Shown in pieces: positions 15,793 to 25,457 of a stretch of 25,457 nucleotides of DNA. The notes under the pieces are model-generated. The model was not told the DNA's origin. It made no database searches and saw only the letters and a list, made by a program, of their open reading frames with translations. The position numbers and the translations under genes were made by a program. Each line of letters opens with the position of its first letter. The first letter of the stretch is position 1. Origin of the DNA: Mariprofundaceae bacterium (GTDB lineage Bacteria > Pseudomonadota > Zetaproteobacteria > Mariprofundales > Mariprofundaceae); contig JAUZQP010000123.1 in NCBI GenBank assembly GCA_030950965.1, forward strand, positions 1 to 25,457, given 5' to 3'.

Positions 15793-17514
15793 TTATCTAC
15801 GGCGAGCGCCACCGCCACCTGCTGGGCGACGATTACTCTTAGCTGGAAAACGACCACCTTCATTTTTGCTGATGAGCAAAGGGTGACCAGCAACACGCAG
15901 ATTTTTCAAGGTATGCATGACATGGCTGGGCATGCCTTCTGGTAAATCAATGGTGCTGTAGTCTTCACGAATATCAATACGTCCAATGTTGCGGCTGTTC
16001 AAGTTTGCTTTGTTAGCAATAGCCCCAACAAGGTGCTCAGGGCGTAAGCCATGATTGCGCCCCACAGCAACACGGTAGCGTTCCATGCCATCTTCCTGTC
16101 TCAAGCCAGGTTTGCGACGACTGGCTGGTGATTCATCATCACGTTCGCGACGACGCGGGCGTTCTGCTTGTTCACGTAACAAGAAGGGTTCTTTGCCTTG
16201 GATTTGATAGGCTAAGGCTGCGGCAATATCCAATGTTGAAAGTTCCGTATCTTGCTGTAACTTTTCTAGCATTTGAGCAAAAAAGCTAATGTCTTCATTG
16301 GCAATGGTGGCACTAATTTTTTCCTTGAAGGAATCCACGCGCTTGTCGTTGATTTGATCGGTACTGGGCAGGGTTAAAGGCTCAATCTTTTGCTTAGTAG
16401 CACGCTCAATATTCGCCAGCATGCGGCGTTCACGCGGAGTGATAAACAAAATGGCATCGCCTGTTCTGCCTGCACGCCCCGTACGACCAATACGGTGAAC
16501 ATACGATTCGGTATCATGCGGAATGTCATAGTTAATGACATGGCTGATGCGTTCTACATCCAAACCACGAGCGGCAACATCAGTCGCAACTAAAACATCT
16601 AAACGACCTGACTTTAATTGCTCAATGGCTTGTTCACGCTGGTTTTGCGCCATTTCACCATTCAATGCACAACAAGCGTAGCCGCGAGCATCCAGCCGTT
16701 CAACTAAATCAGTTGTTGCATTACGGGTGCGAACAAAAACAATCGTGCCATCTACGGTTTCGTCAGCTTCCAAGATACGGGTTAAAGCATCCAGCTTATT
16801 CATACTGCCTGTCATCCAATAACGTTGGCGGATGGTTTCTGCTGTGGTGGTACGCAGTTTGATGCTTACTTCGGCAGGGTTCTTCAAATGGCGTTGTGCA
16901 ATGCGCCGAATATCGTTCGGCATGGTGGCAGAGAAGAGTGCTACTTGGCGATTTTCTGGCGTTTGTTGCAATACCCACTCTACGTCATCGACAAAGCCCA
17001 TGCGTAACATTTCATCGGCTTCATCGAGTACTAACGTTTCCACGCTGTCCAGTACCAAGGTGCCGCGCTTGATATGGTCGATGACACGACCAGGCGTGCC
17101 GACTACGACTTGTACGCCACGTTTGAGTTGATGTAATTGCGTGGTGTAGTTTTGCCCACCATAAATAGGGAGTACGTGAAGACCATTGATATTAGAAGCG
17201 TATGTGTGAATAGCTTCGGCTACTTGAATGGCCAATTCGCGCGTGGGAGCAAGAACCAGGGCTTGCACCTTTTTGCTTGCAGGGTCGATGCGTGACAGCA
17301 ATGGCAACGCGAAAGCAGCAGTTTTGCCTGTGCCTGTTTGAGCTTGCCCCAAGACATCACGACCGTCGAGTACAAAGGGAATGATTTGAGCTTGAATAGG
17401 TGTAGGGGTTTCATAGCCCAGTTTTGTAAGAGCCTGTAGCACAGGTTCAGCCAGCCCCAAAGTGGCAAAAGTAGGGGTAGAAGCTTCCTGTGTGGAATCA
17501 GGTGTAGAAGACAT
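15793..17514 (-). CDS. deaD: DEAD-box RNA helicase DeaD/CsdA
   Basis: AQTGTGKT, LAPTRELA, GTPGR, LDEADEM, SAT, ATDVAARGLD, HRIGRTGRAG and a DbpA-type C-terminal RNA-binding domain. RBS AAGGA precedes ATG at 17514. Confidence 0.95.
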   Translation of the reverse strand: MSSTPDSTQEASTPTFATLGLAEPVLQALTKLGYETPTPIQAQIIPFVLDGRDVLGQAQTGTGKTAAFALPLLSRIDPASKKVQALVLAPTRELAIQVAEAIHTYASNINGLHVLPIYGGQNYTTQLHQLKRGVQVVVGTPGRVIDHIKRGTLVLDSVETLVLDEADEMLRMGFVDDVEWVLQQTPENRQVALFSATMPNDIRRIAQRHLKNPAEVSIKLRTTTAETIRQRYWMTGSMNKLDALTRILEADETVDGTIVFVRTRNATTDLVERLDARGYACCALNGEMAQNQREQAIEQLKSGRLDVLVATDVAARGLDVERISHVINYDIPHDTESYVHRIGRTGRAGRTGDAILFITPRERRMLANIERATKQKIEPLTLPSTDQINDKRVDSFKEKISATIANEDISFFAQMLEKLQQDTELSTLDIAAALAYQIQGKEPFLLREQAERPRRRERDDESPASRRKPGLRQEDGMERYRVAVGRNHGLRPEHLVGAIANKANLNSRNIGRIDIREDYSTIDLPEGMPSHVMHTLKNLRVAGHPLLISKNEGGRFPAKSNRRPAGGGGARRR

Positions 17515-17699
17515 ATATTTCCTTGTGTGTGGATATAACCATAAAGATAAAGATGAGTAAGCTCTGTGGCAAGCAACAGTAGCAACATTCAAATAAGAGA
17601 CAGGCAAGCAGTATCGGCATGGCAGCCGTTAGCATTGCTGTACAGGGAAGCTTGCGATATGTTAGGGGTAATATTGCAAAATAAAAAAAACTTAAAGAA

Positions 17700-18605
17700 T
17701 CAAGCGGGTGAAAGTACTTCATCCCCCGCGATTTGACCATTTACATGGGTCGGAAGGCTAGCCTCTTCAATGCACCATGCCTCAGCATCGGCAAGCAAAG
17801 CACTGACCAATTGATGGTTGGTTTTATGCCCTGTCCGTTCGCCTTCAAACGCACCAGCAATAGGTAGTCCAGCCAGCGATAAGTCGCCCAGTGTATCAAG
17901 GATTTTATGACGTACGCATTCATCTTCGTAGCGCAAGCCGCCTTCATTGATGACACGGTATTTGTCCAACACGATTGCATTTTCTAAGGAGCCACCCAGA
18001 GCCAGCCCTGCTTTTTGCAATTGTTCAATTTCGTGCAAGAAGCCAAACGTGCGGGCACGGCTGATTTCACGGGTGTATGCTTGGCGAGAAAAATCAATAC
18101 TGACGCGCCGTTCTTTAAGTAAAGGGTGATTGTAATCTAAGAGATAAGAAATTTTGAAGCCTGCTGAAGGGTAGAGTGCGCAACGTTTGTCGCCATCGAC
18201 GATTTCAACGCGCTTTAAGACACGGAGAATTTTTTTTGCGCAATTCAATTCACGAATGCCCGCGCATTGAATGAGAAACACAAACGGTGCAGCAGAACCA
18301 TCCATAACGGGAACTTCAGGGCCATCCACTTCGATGCGTGCATTATCAATACCAAGACCAGCCAGTGCAGAGAGTAAATGTTCCACCGTAGATACAGTAA
18401 TACCATCTTTGCCCAGGGTGGTGCATAGACGAGTATCACAGACGTGTTTAGCATTAGCAGGAATCGTTACGCCAACATCAGATCGAACAAAGGTAATCCC
18501 TTCATTGGCTGCCGCAGGATGGAGAAATAGTTGAATTTTTTTACCTGAGTGTAGACCAATACCACTGCATTTAATGGAATGATCCAATGTTCTTTGTGGT
18601 ATCAT
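17700..18605 (-). CDS. lpxC: UDP-3-O-acyl-N-acetylglucosamine deacetylase
   Basis: QRTL, GIGLHSG, STVEHLLSAL, EVPVMDGS, ISRARTFGF, RHKILD. Confidence 0.97.
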   Translation of the reverse strand: MIPQRTLDHSIKCSGIGLHSGKKIQLFLHPAAANEGITFVRSDVGVTIPANAKHVCDTRLCTTLGKDGITVSTVEHLLSALAGLGIDNARIEVDGPEVPVMDGSAAPFVFLIQCAGIRELNCAKKILRVLKRVEIVDGDKRCALYPSAGFKISYLLDYNHPLLKERRVSIDFSRQAYTREISRARTFGFLHEIEQLQKAGLALGGSLENAIVLDKYRVINEGGLRYEDECVRHKILDTLGDLSLAGLPIAGAFEGERTGHKTNHQLVSALLADAEAWCIEEASLPTHVNGQIAGDEVLSPA

Positions 18606-19064
18606 TATTCAACCCCTGTGGCACGCTCTGACGTGATGCATCACGGTCAAACGCTAACTTGAAAATTTAATACTCCACCAGCGTAGGCTAGGTTGAATAT
18701 CATCATAAGCAGCTCTGATCCAGACACACAACAGCACATCTTCCCCTAAAAAACCACAGCTTCTGCGCCAAATACTAGCAGAACAATACGTTCAGGCAAA
18801 TCAATTGTACTTCCCAACAGTACATTTACTAAGTGTTTTTCCTATTTTTAAAAGTCTCTGGCACACGCCTATTCTCTATCGGTGGCAAAAATTCGAGTTG
18901 TCACTCCATCGCTTCATTATTGCAGTCCGAAGCTACAACGTTACACTGCCGCCCTTTATTGCATGAGTAACCGAATGCAGCGTATGGTTGTTTGATTACC
19001 ATGACAAGTAGGCGCTGTTTTTTGTTTGGTTACCGATATATCACTTCTCCACTGGGAGCATTTT

Positions 19065-20195
19065 ATGCGCATAGCGATTCCTCTTGAATCGAACACCCAT
19101 GAATTCCGAGTGTCTGCCACCGCCGATGGGGTAAAGCAGTACATTAAACGTGGTTTTGACGTTGTGGTTCAACAGCAAGCAGGTTTGGGTGCATTCATCA
19201 GTGATGATGACTATATCGCCGCAGGTGCACAGATCGCTGACGACTTTGCCAGTTGCTGTGGTCATGCGGATTTAGTACTCAAAGTAGCGGCTCCAAACGC
19301 CGAAGAATTGGCAGCCCTGCCAGCCTCTGCCACCGTCATTTGCATGGCTGCACCATTCACTAACCCCTTATTGAGCGATTATGCAGCACACGGTCTAGCT
19401 TGTTTTGCTATGGAGATGATTCCACGTATTTCGCGGGCGCAAAGTATGGATGCCTTATCTTCGCAAGCCAATATTGCAGGGTATAAATCAGTATTGGTTG
19501 CGCTTGAATATTATTCACATTTTATGCCTATGTTGATGACTGCCGCAGGTACGGTTAAACCAGCAAAAGTCTTAGTCATGGGTGCTGGTGTTGCTGGCTT
19601 GCAGGCGATTGCTACGGCTCGTCGACTGGGCGCTTTAGTGGAGGCATTTGATGTTCGTGCCGCCGCTCGCGAGCAGGTGGAGAGCTTGGGTGCAAGCTTC
19701 ATCGAAGTGCCAGTGGAAGAAAATGCCGAGGACGCGGGGGGCTACGCCCGTGAGATGTCCGATGACTACAAGCAAAAACAGGCTGAGTTGATTGCTCAAC
19801 ATGCTGCTAAGGCAGATATTGTGATTACCACTGCGCTCATTCCAGGGCGACCAGCGCCCATACTGGTGACGCAAGAAGTCGTGGAACAGATGCGCGCAGG
19901 CTCAGTGATTGTGGATATGGCAGTTGAAATGGGCGGTAACTGTCCGTTGTCGGTCAAAGACGAAGTGATTCAACACAGGGGTGTCACCGTCGTTGGTATT
20001 AGTAATATTCCCGCTTTGATGGCAAGCGATGCCAGCCAGTTGTATGGTCGCAATATTGCTAACTTTATTGATGTGTTATGGCAAAAAGACGAACAGATGT
20101 TGAACATCAATCTTGATGATGAAATCATTGCTAGTGCGTTATTATGTCAAAATGGCACATTCCTGAAACCTCAATTATTGGAGAGACGTTCATGA
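19065..20195 (+). CDS. pntAA: NAD(P) transhydrogenase subunit alpha part 1
   Basis: [54 protein letters not shown] 19065 follows GGGAG. Confidence 0.94.
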   Translation: MRIAIPLESNTHEFRVSATADGVKQYIKRGFDVVVQQQAGLGAFISDDDYIAAGAQIADDFASCCGHADLVLKVAAPNAEELAALPASATVICMAAPFTNPLLSDYAAHGLACFAMEMIPRISRAQSMDALSSQANIAGYKSVLVALEYYSHFMPMLMTAAGTVKPAKVLVMGAGVAGLQAIATARRLGALVEAFDVRAAAREQVESLGASFIEVPVEENAEDAGGYAREMSDDYKQKQAELIAQHAAKADIVITTALIPGRPAPILVTQEVVEQMRAGSVIVDMAVEMGGNCPLSVKDEVIQHRGVTVVGISNIPALMASDASQLYGRNIANFIDVLWQKDEQMLNINLDDEIIASALLCQNGTFLKPQLLERRS

Positions 20196-20524
20196 ATCCA
20201 CAACTTGCCGAACAGCTCCCCGTAGCTGTATCAGCGGTAGAAACCGTTGACCCTTTTGTGTCTGCCTTCACGGTGTTCGTGCTGGCTATTTTTATTGGCT
20301 ACCACGTAGTGTGGAACGTCACGCCTGCGCTGCATACACCGTTGATGAGTGTGACCAATGCTATTTCCAGCATCGTGATTGTCGGTGCATTGATTGCTTC
20401 AGGGCCTGTGGAAATGAACCTTGCCACGGTGCTTGGCTTGATCGCTGTTGGTCTTGCTTCGGTCAATATTTTTGGCGGCTTCATGGTCACTCAACGCATG
20501 TTGGCGATGTTTAAAAAACGCTGA
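20192..20524 (+). CDS. pntAB: NAD(P) transhydrogenase subunit alpha part 2
   Basis: [40 protein letters not shown] overlap with pntAA. Confidence 0.93.
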   Translation: MNPQLAEQLPVAVSAVETVDPFVSAFTVFVLAIFIGYHVVWNVTPALHTPLMSVTNAISSIVIVGALIASGPVEMNLATVLGLIAVGLASVNIFGGFMVTQRMLAMFKKR

Positions 20525-20614
20525 TTCCACGCAGGCTTCACCACCTGCTCTATTTTTCTATTATATAACACCGCGTTATGCGGTTGACATGAAACACATG
20601 CTTCGGAGCACATT

Positions 20615-22015
20615 ATGTTGTCTATCAATTGGGTCGCTTTACTGTATTTGCTGGCCTCGATTTTAATCGTTTTTTCTCTCAAAGGGTTATCCAGCCCTGC
20701 CTCAGCGCGGCGCGGTAATACCTATGGCATGCTCGGAATGGGTATTGCTGTGTTGGTTACACTGCAATTATCGAATGTTCAAAACTATATGTGGATTTTT
20801 GTCTGCATCGGCATTGGTGGCACGATTGGTGCTATTGCTGCACGTAAAGTACCGATGACCCATATGCCGCAAACCGTGGCATTTATGCACTCACTGGTCG
20901 GGCTGGCAGCGGTATTAATTGCCGTATCAGCGTTTGCCAATCCTACGGCTTATGGCATTGCTGATGCCTCGGGTGTTTTGCATACGGCGAGTCGCATTGA
21001 ATTATTCCTCGGTACGTTTATTGGTGCGATTACCTTCACTGCATCATTGATTGCTTTTGGTAAATTGCATGGTTTTATTTCTGGCAACCCTTTAGTATTT
21101 AAGGGTCAACATCATCTAAACTTAGTGTTGGGTATTGCCATGCTAAGCTTTGGTGCATGGTTTTGTGTGAACCCTACATGGCTGCCATTTTTATTGATGT
21201 TGAGCATTGCTTTGGTTTTGGGTGTGCTGCTGATCGTACCGATTGGTGGTGCGGATATGCCAGTGATTGTCTCCATGCTGAATTCCTATTCGGGTTGGGC
21301 TGCCGCTGGTATTGGTTTTACCTTGAATAATCACATGTTGATTGTTGCGGGTGCTTTGGTGGGCTCCAGTGGTGCGATTCTTTCTTACATCATGTGTAAA
21401 GCGATGAATCGTTCCTTGTTTAATGTTTTACTTGGTGGTTTTGGTGGTGATGCACCTGCCGCCGCTGCTGGTGGCGTGAAGAAAGATCGCCCCGTCACCT
21501 CAGGTGCAGCCGAAGATGCTGCGTTCATGCTGCAAAATGCGCGCAGTGTGGTGATTGTGCCTGGCTATGGTCTAGCCGTAGCACGCGCACAACATGCCCT
21601 AAAAGAGATGGTCGAAGCTTTGACCCATGCAGGTGTAAAAGTTCGTTTTGCTATCCACCCTGTGGCTGGCCGCATGCCAGGGCACATGAATGTATTGCTG
21701 GCGGAAGCTGATGTACCGTACGATATTGTACATGAAATGGATGAGATCAATCCTGAATTTGCCGATACGGATATTGCTTTGGTGATTGGTGCTAATGACG
21801 TGACCAACCCCGCTGCTAAAAATGACCCCAGCAGCCCTATTTATGGCATGCCGATTTTGGAAGTGGCTAAGGCGCGCAATATATTGATTATTAAACGTTC
21901 GCTCTCTGCCGGTTATGCAGGTTTGGACAATGATTTATTTTATATGGATAAAACCATGATGATTTTTGATGATGCAAAAAAAGCATGTGAGAAAATCGTA
22001 CAATCATTGGATTGA
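20615..22015 (+). CDS. pntB: NAD(P) transhydrogenase subunit beta
   Basis: MPQTVAFMHSLVGLAA, IGGADMPVIVSMLNSYSGWA, VPGYGLAVA, HPVAGRMPGHMNVLLAEA, GANDVTNP. Confidence 0.96.
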   Translation: MLSINWVALLYLLASILIVFSLKGLSSPASARRGNTYGMLGMGIAVLVTLQLSNVQNYMWIFVCIGIGGTIGAIAARKVPMTHMPQTVAFMHSLVGLAAVLIAVSAFANPTAYGIADASGVLHTASRIELFLGTFIGAITFTASLIAFGKLHGFISGNPLVFKGQHHLNLVLGIAMLSFGAWFCVNPTWLPFLLMLSIALVLGVLLIVPIGGADMPVIVSMLNSYSGWAAAGIGFTLNNHMLIVAGALVGSSGAILSYIMCKAMNRSLFNVLLGGFGGDAPAAAAGGVKKDRPVTSGAAEDAAFMLQNARSVVIVPGYGLAVARAQHALKEMVEALTHAGVKVRFAIHPVAGRMPGHMNVLLAEADVPYDIVHEMDEINPEFADTDIALVIGANDVTNPAAKNDPSSPIYGMPILEVAKARNILIIKRSLSAGYAGLDNDLFYMDKTMMIFDDAKKACEKIVQSLD

Positions 22016-22025
22016 GGAATTCCTC

Positions 22026-22193
22026 CTAGGAGGCTATCTGAGAATAGGGATCGTAGCGAGAGGATGCTGGTTTGAGGAAGGCTTTCTTATGATTTGAAGC
22101 GAATACTTGCTGTATTTAACGAAAATCATGGGGAGATCTGTCCAAATCTAGCGTTTCCGCAGTAGGTTCTTCGATTCTCAGACAACCTCCTAG
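22026..22193. mobile_element. 168-bp MITE (family A, copy 1) with CTAG termini
   Basis: Terminal inverted repeats match 18/20 (CTAGGAGGCTATCTGAGAAT). Colinear with 24827-24975. Confidence 0.8.
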
Positions 22194-22285
22194 CGCATTG
22201 GCATGGCTGTCAGTAGTGTACGCCCTGCGCTTGGGATCGATGACTGATACCATACGCCTCTATCTTTCGGAGTCACTGACTATCT

Positions 22286-23464
22286 ATGCTAGAATTTGAA
22301 AAAATCAAACGCTTACCTCCGTATGTTTTTGCAACGGTCAATCAGCTAAAAATGGAATTGCGCCATCAGGGTGCAGATATTATCGACTTTGGTATGGGCA
22401 ACCCCGACCAACCGACACCGCAACACATTGTTGATAAATTGTGCGAAGCATCGCAAGACGGGCGCAATCACCGTTATTCCGTATCTAAGGGTATTCTTGG
22501 CTTACGCAAGGCGATTTGTGGTTGGTATAAAACAAAATTTGATGTCGATCTTGACCCAGAGACAGAAGCGATTGTCACCATGGGTTCCAAAGAGGGCTTG
22601 GCACATTTAGCCGTTGCTATCACTTCGCCAGGGGATTTGATCTTGTCACCGAATCCTTCTTACCCGATTCACCCTTATGGTTTCATTATCGCAGGTTCGG
22701 ATATTCATCATATCCCTATTGGTCCTGGGGTAGACTTTCTTGCCGAAGTGGAACTCGCAGTGCGTAACTCTTGGCCGCGCCCTAAAGTGTTGGTGGTCAA
22801 CTTCCCATCTAATCCAACGGCGCAAGTGGTGGATTTGGAGTTTTACAGCAAAGTCATTGATTTTGCACGTGAACATAAAATGATTGTGATTTCTGATATC
22901 GCCTATGCAGAGATCACTTTTGATGGTTATGAATGCCCATCTATTTTACAGGTGCCCGGTGCAAAAGATGTGGCTGTAGAGTTCTACTCACTCTCTAAAA
23001 GTTACAATATGCCTGGTTGGCGTATCGGCTTTATGGTCGGAAACTCTGAGGTGGTTGCTGCATTAGCTAAAATTAAATCATATCTTGATTATGGGACGTT
23101 CCAACCCCTACAAATTGCAGCCTGTACAGCACTGAATGGACCACAAGATTGTGTGCAAGAGATTCGTCAGATGTACCAAGATCGCCGCGATGTACTGATT
23201 AAAGGCATGCATCAAATGGGCTGGATGGCAGAGAAACCCAAAGCTTCGATGTTTGTGTGGGCAGAAATCCCCGAGCCTTTTCAGGCGATGGGTTCGCTGG
23301 AGTTCTCCAAGCTGCTGCTCAAAGAGGCTGGTGTTGCCGTCTCACCAGGTGTGGGTTTTGGTTCCGAAGGTGATCGCTTTGTCCGCATTGCTTTGATTGA
23401 GAACGAGCATCGCATCCGTCAAGCCTTACGCGGCATGCGTCAATTTTTTAATGGTCATGAATAA
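22286..23464 (+). CDS. alaC: PLP-dependent class I/II aminotransferase, AlaC-like
   Basis: [43 protein letters not shown]. Typical position upstream of hom. Confidence 0.85.
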   Translation: MLEFEKIKRLPPYVFATVNQLKMELRHQGADIIDFGMGNPDQPTPQHIVDKLCEASQDGRNHRYSVSKGILGLRKAICGWYKTKFDVDLDPETEAIVTMGSKEGLAHLAVAITSPGDLILSPNPSYPIHPYGFIIAGSDIHHIPIGPGVDFLAEVELAVRNSWPRPKVLVVNFPSNPTAQVVDLEFYSKVIDFAREHKMIVISDIAYAEITFDGYECPSILQVPGAKDVAVEFYSLSKSYNMPGWRIGFMVGNSEVVAALAKIKSYLDYGTFQPLQIAACTALNGPQDCVQEIRQMYQDRRDVLIKGMHQMGWMAEKPKASMFVWAEIPEPFQAMGSLEFSKLLLKEAGVAVSPGVGFGSEGDRFVRIALIENEHRIRQALRGMRQFFNGHE

Positions 23465-23500
23465 TCAGTGCTACACAGTGCTATATAGGGGATATAGAAT

Positions 23501-24808
23501 ATGAAAGACATTCGCGTAGGTTTGCTGGGGCTGGGAACCATTGGTTTAGGTGCAGCACGTATCTTGCTGGAGCAGCAGGAGCTGATGAGCCGCCGTCTGG
23601 GCTGTCGCTTGGTGCTGGTTGCTGCTGCCGACCGTAGTCTTGACCGTGATTTTGGCTTGGATCTGAGCAGTGTACGTCTATCTTCTGATGCACAAGATGT
23701 CGTGACTGCTGATGATGTCGATATTGTCATTGAACTGATTGGTGGTTATGAGCCAGCGCGTACATTCGTAGCAACGGCAATTGAACATGGCAAACATGTG
23801 GTGACTGCCAATAAAGCCTTGATTGCCAAACATGGTGACGAACTGTTCGCACAAGCGGAAAGTAACGGCGTGGTTTTGGCGTTTGAAGCGGCTGTGGGTG
23901 GCGGTATTCCTTGCCTCAAAGCATTGCGTGAAGGTCTAGCTGCGAATCAAATAGAATCCATTTATGGTATTTTGAATGGTACATGCAACTACATCCTAAC
24001 GCGCATGGAAAATGAAGGCGCGGCTTTTGCCGATGTCCTGCGCGATGCACAAGCCTTGGGTTATGCCGAAGCAGACCCTACGTTCGATGTCGAAGGTGTT
24101 GATACAGCACATAAATTATCCATTTTAGCAGCGATGGCATTTGGTTCAAAAATTCATTTTGATGAAGTGTTTACCGAAGGTATCAGCCGTATCACCCCCG
24201 ATGATATTCACTCTGCTCATGAACTCGGTTATCGCATCAAATTGCTCGGCGTAGCTAAACCGCATGGCGAGCAAGTGGAGATGCGTGTTCACCCCACCTT
24301 GATTCCGCTGAGCTCTCAGTTGGCGCAAGTGTCAGATTCCTATAATGCAGTGCAAGCCTCTGGCGATTTCGTCGAGCATACCATGTATTTCGGGCGCGGT
24401 GCGGGTGAACGTCCCACTGCCTCGGCTGTAATTGCAGATGTCATGGATATAGCACGGGTGTTGCCTGGTGGCGTGGCGTATTTGCCACCAGCGATGGGTT
24501 TCATTGCTGCTGAACGCCGCGATTTAGCCACCTTGCCGATTATTGATGCCGAATGTGAATACTATTTGCGTCTTATGGTTCAAGATGATTCTGGCGTATT
24601 GGCAACGATCACTTCGATTCTTGCCGACCATCACATCAGCTTGGAAGCAGTGATGCAAAAAGAACGTCACGCTACGCATTCCGTGCCTATCATTTTACTC
24701 ACGCACACCACCACCGAAGGGAATTTTCAAGCAGCGATAGCGCGTATTATTGCCCTTGATTGTGTGCAAGAAGATGTGCTTATTTTACGCAAAGAACAAA
24801 CGCATTAA
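23501..24808 (+). CDS. hom: Homoserine dehydrogenase with C-terminal ACT domain
   Basis: GLGTIG, VVTANKA, FEAAVGGGIP, GILNGTCNYIL, GYAEADPTFDVEG, GRGAG. Confidence 0.96.
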   Translation: MKDIRVGLLGLGTIGLGAARILLEQQELMSRRLGCRLVLVAAADRSLDRDFGLDLSSVRLSSDAQDVVTADDVDIVIELIGGYEPARTFVATAIEHGKHVVTANKALIAKHGDELFAQAESNGVVLAFEAAVGGGIPCLKALREGLAANQIESIYGILNGTCNYILTRMENEGAAFADVLRDAQALGYAEADPTFDVEGVDTAHKLSILAAMAFGSKIHFDEVFTEGISRITPDDIHSAHELGYRIKLLGVAKPHGEQVEMRVHPTLIPLSSQLAQVSDSYNAVQASGDFVEHTMYFGRGAGERPTASAVIADVMDIARVLPGGVAYLPPAMGFIAAERRDLATLPIIDAECEYYLRLMVQDDSGVLATITSILADHHISLEAVMQKERHATHSVPIILLTHTTTEGNFQAAIARIIALDCVQEDVLILRKEQTH

Positions 24809-24826
24809 GTTCGTTTTTTTGGTGCG

Positions 24827-24975
24827 CTAGGAGGCTGTTCGAGAGTAGGAATCGTAATGAGGGGATGCTGGTTTGAGACAGGTTCTCTTGAGGTTTTAGA
24901 CGAAAACCCATAAGGGAACTTGTCCAAGTCCAGCGTTTCCGCAGTAGGTTTTTCTATTCTCGGGCAGCCTCCTAG
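24827..24975. mobile_element. 149-bp MITE (family A, copy 2) with CTAG termini
   Basis: Terminal inverted repeats match 19/22 (CTAGGAGGCTGTTCGAGAGTAG). Shares GGATGCTGGTTTGAG and AGCGTTTCCGCAGTAGGTT with copy 1, and is 19 bp shorter in the centre. Confidence 0.8.
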
Positions 24976-25050
24976 TGCATCCTACCTTTTTCACCGTGCT
25001 TGTTGCCATTGCCTATTTGCCAATAGCCGACACGGTTTTATGGAGTTATT

Positions 25051-25457
25051 ATGTCTCATTATCAAGGAATTATTAATCGTTATCGCGCTTTCCTTCCCAT
25101 TGCCAAAGATGATTCGATTATCACCCTTTACGAAGGCAATACACCACTGCACGAATCCATGAATTTGCGCAATGCGATCAACCCTGAACTCAATATTTAT
25201 TTGAAGTTTGAAGGCTTGAATCCCACGGGGTCATTCAAAGACCGTGGCATGACGATGGCAGTGACGCAGGCGTACAACGCAGGCTCACGTAAAATTATTT
25301 GTGCTTCAACAGGCACCACCTCGGCTTCTGCTGCTGCCTATGCTGCTAACTGTGGCATGCAGGCGTATGTACTTATTCCTGATGGTAAAATCGCTTTAGG
25401 TAAAATGTCACAAGGCATTCGCTACGGTGCAAAAGTGATTCAAATTCGCGGTAACTT
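25051..25457 (+). CDS. thrC: Threonine synthase (5' partial)
   Basis: Manual translation: MSHYQGIINRYRAFLP...EGNTPL...KFEGLNPTGSFKDRGM...CASTGTTSASAAAYAA. RBS TGGAG. Follows hom. Confidence 0.93.
   Translation, partial: MSHYQGIINRYRAFLPIAKDDSIITLYEGNTPLHESMNLRNAINPELNIYLKFEGLNPTGSFKDRGMTMAVTQAYNAGSRKIICASTGTTSASAAAYAANCGMQAYVLIPDGKIALGKMSQGIRYGAKVIQIRGN

Noticed and set aside
18992-19005. FNR box upstream of pntAA (TTGAT-TACC-ATGAC)
   Set aside because: The second half-site matches ATCAA at only 3/5, which is too weak to call.
5589-24975. CRISPR array
   Set aside because: The repeats are dispersed palindromic elements, not regularly spaced direct repeats with unique spacers. No cas genes.
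510-25162. Many short alternative-frame or antisense ORFs in the ORF track (e.g. 2803-3183, 4891-5358, 15727-15945, 24920-25162)
   Set aside because: They overlap well-supported genes or repeat elements and show no recognisable motifs.

Overview
Mostly a housekeeping stretch of a proteobacterial chromosome. Gene content and style suggest Zetaproteobacteria (Mariprofundus-like), but this is a low-confidence inference. Gene order: miaB-phoH-ybeY-corC-like, gpsA-smr, lipB, a coupled three-gene accessory operon (secreted protein, membrane protein, MBL/ODP-type di-iron + GAF-like + GGDEF diguanylate cyclase), tRNA-Gly(CCC), recQ, an orphan receiver, moxR-natA/natB-like ABC genes, deaD, lpxC, pntAA-pntAB-pntB, alaC-hom-thrC (partial). 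Two things stand out. (1) The cyclase gene is split by a 162-bp MITE with a TA duplication. Removing 164 bp restores one 594-aa ORF with an intact HQDPD metal motif. (2) The intergenic DNA holds at least five families of short hairpin-forming, MITE/ERIC-like elements with different ends and target duplications (TA, TTA, CTAG). Several share an internal AAGGC...AACG asymmetric motif and several abut one another, yet no complete transposase lies in the window.
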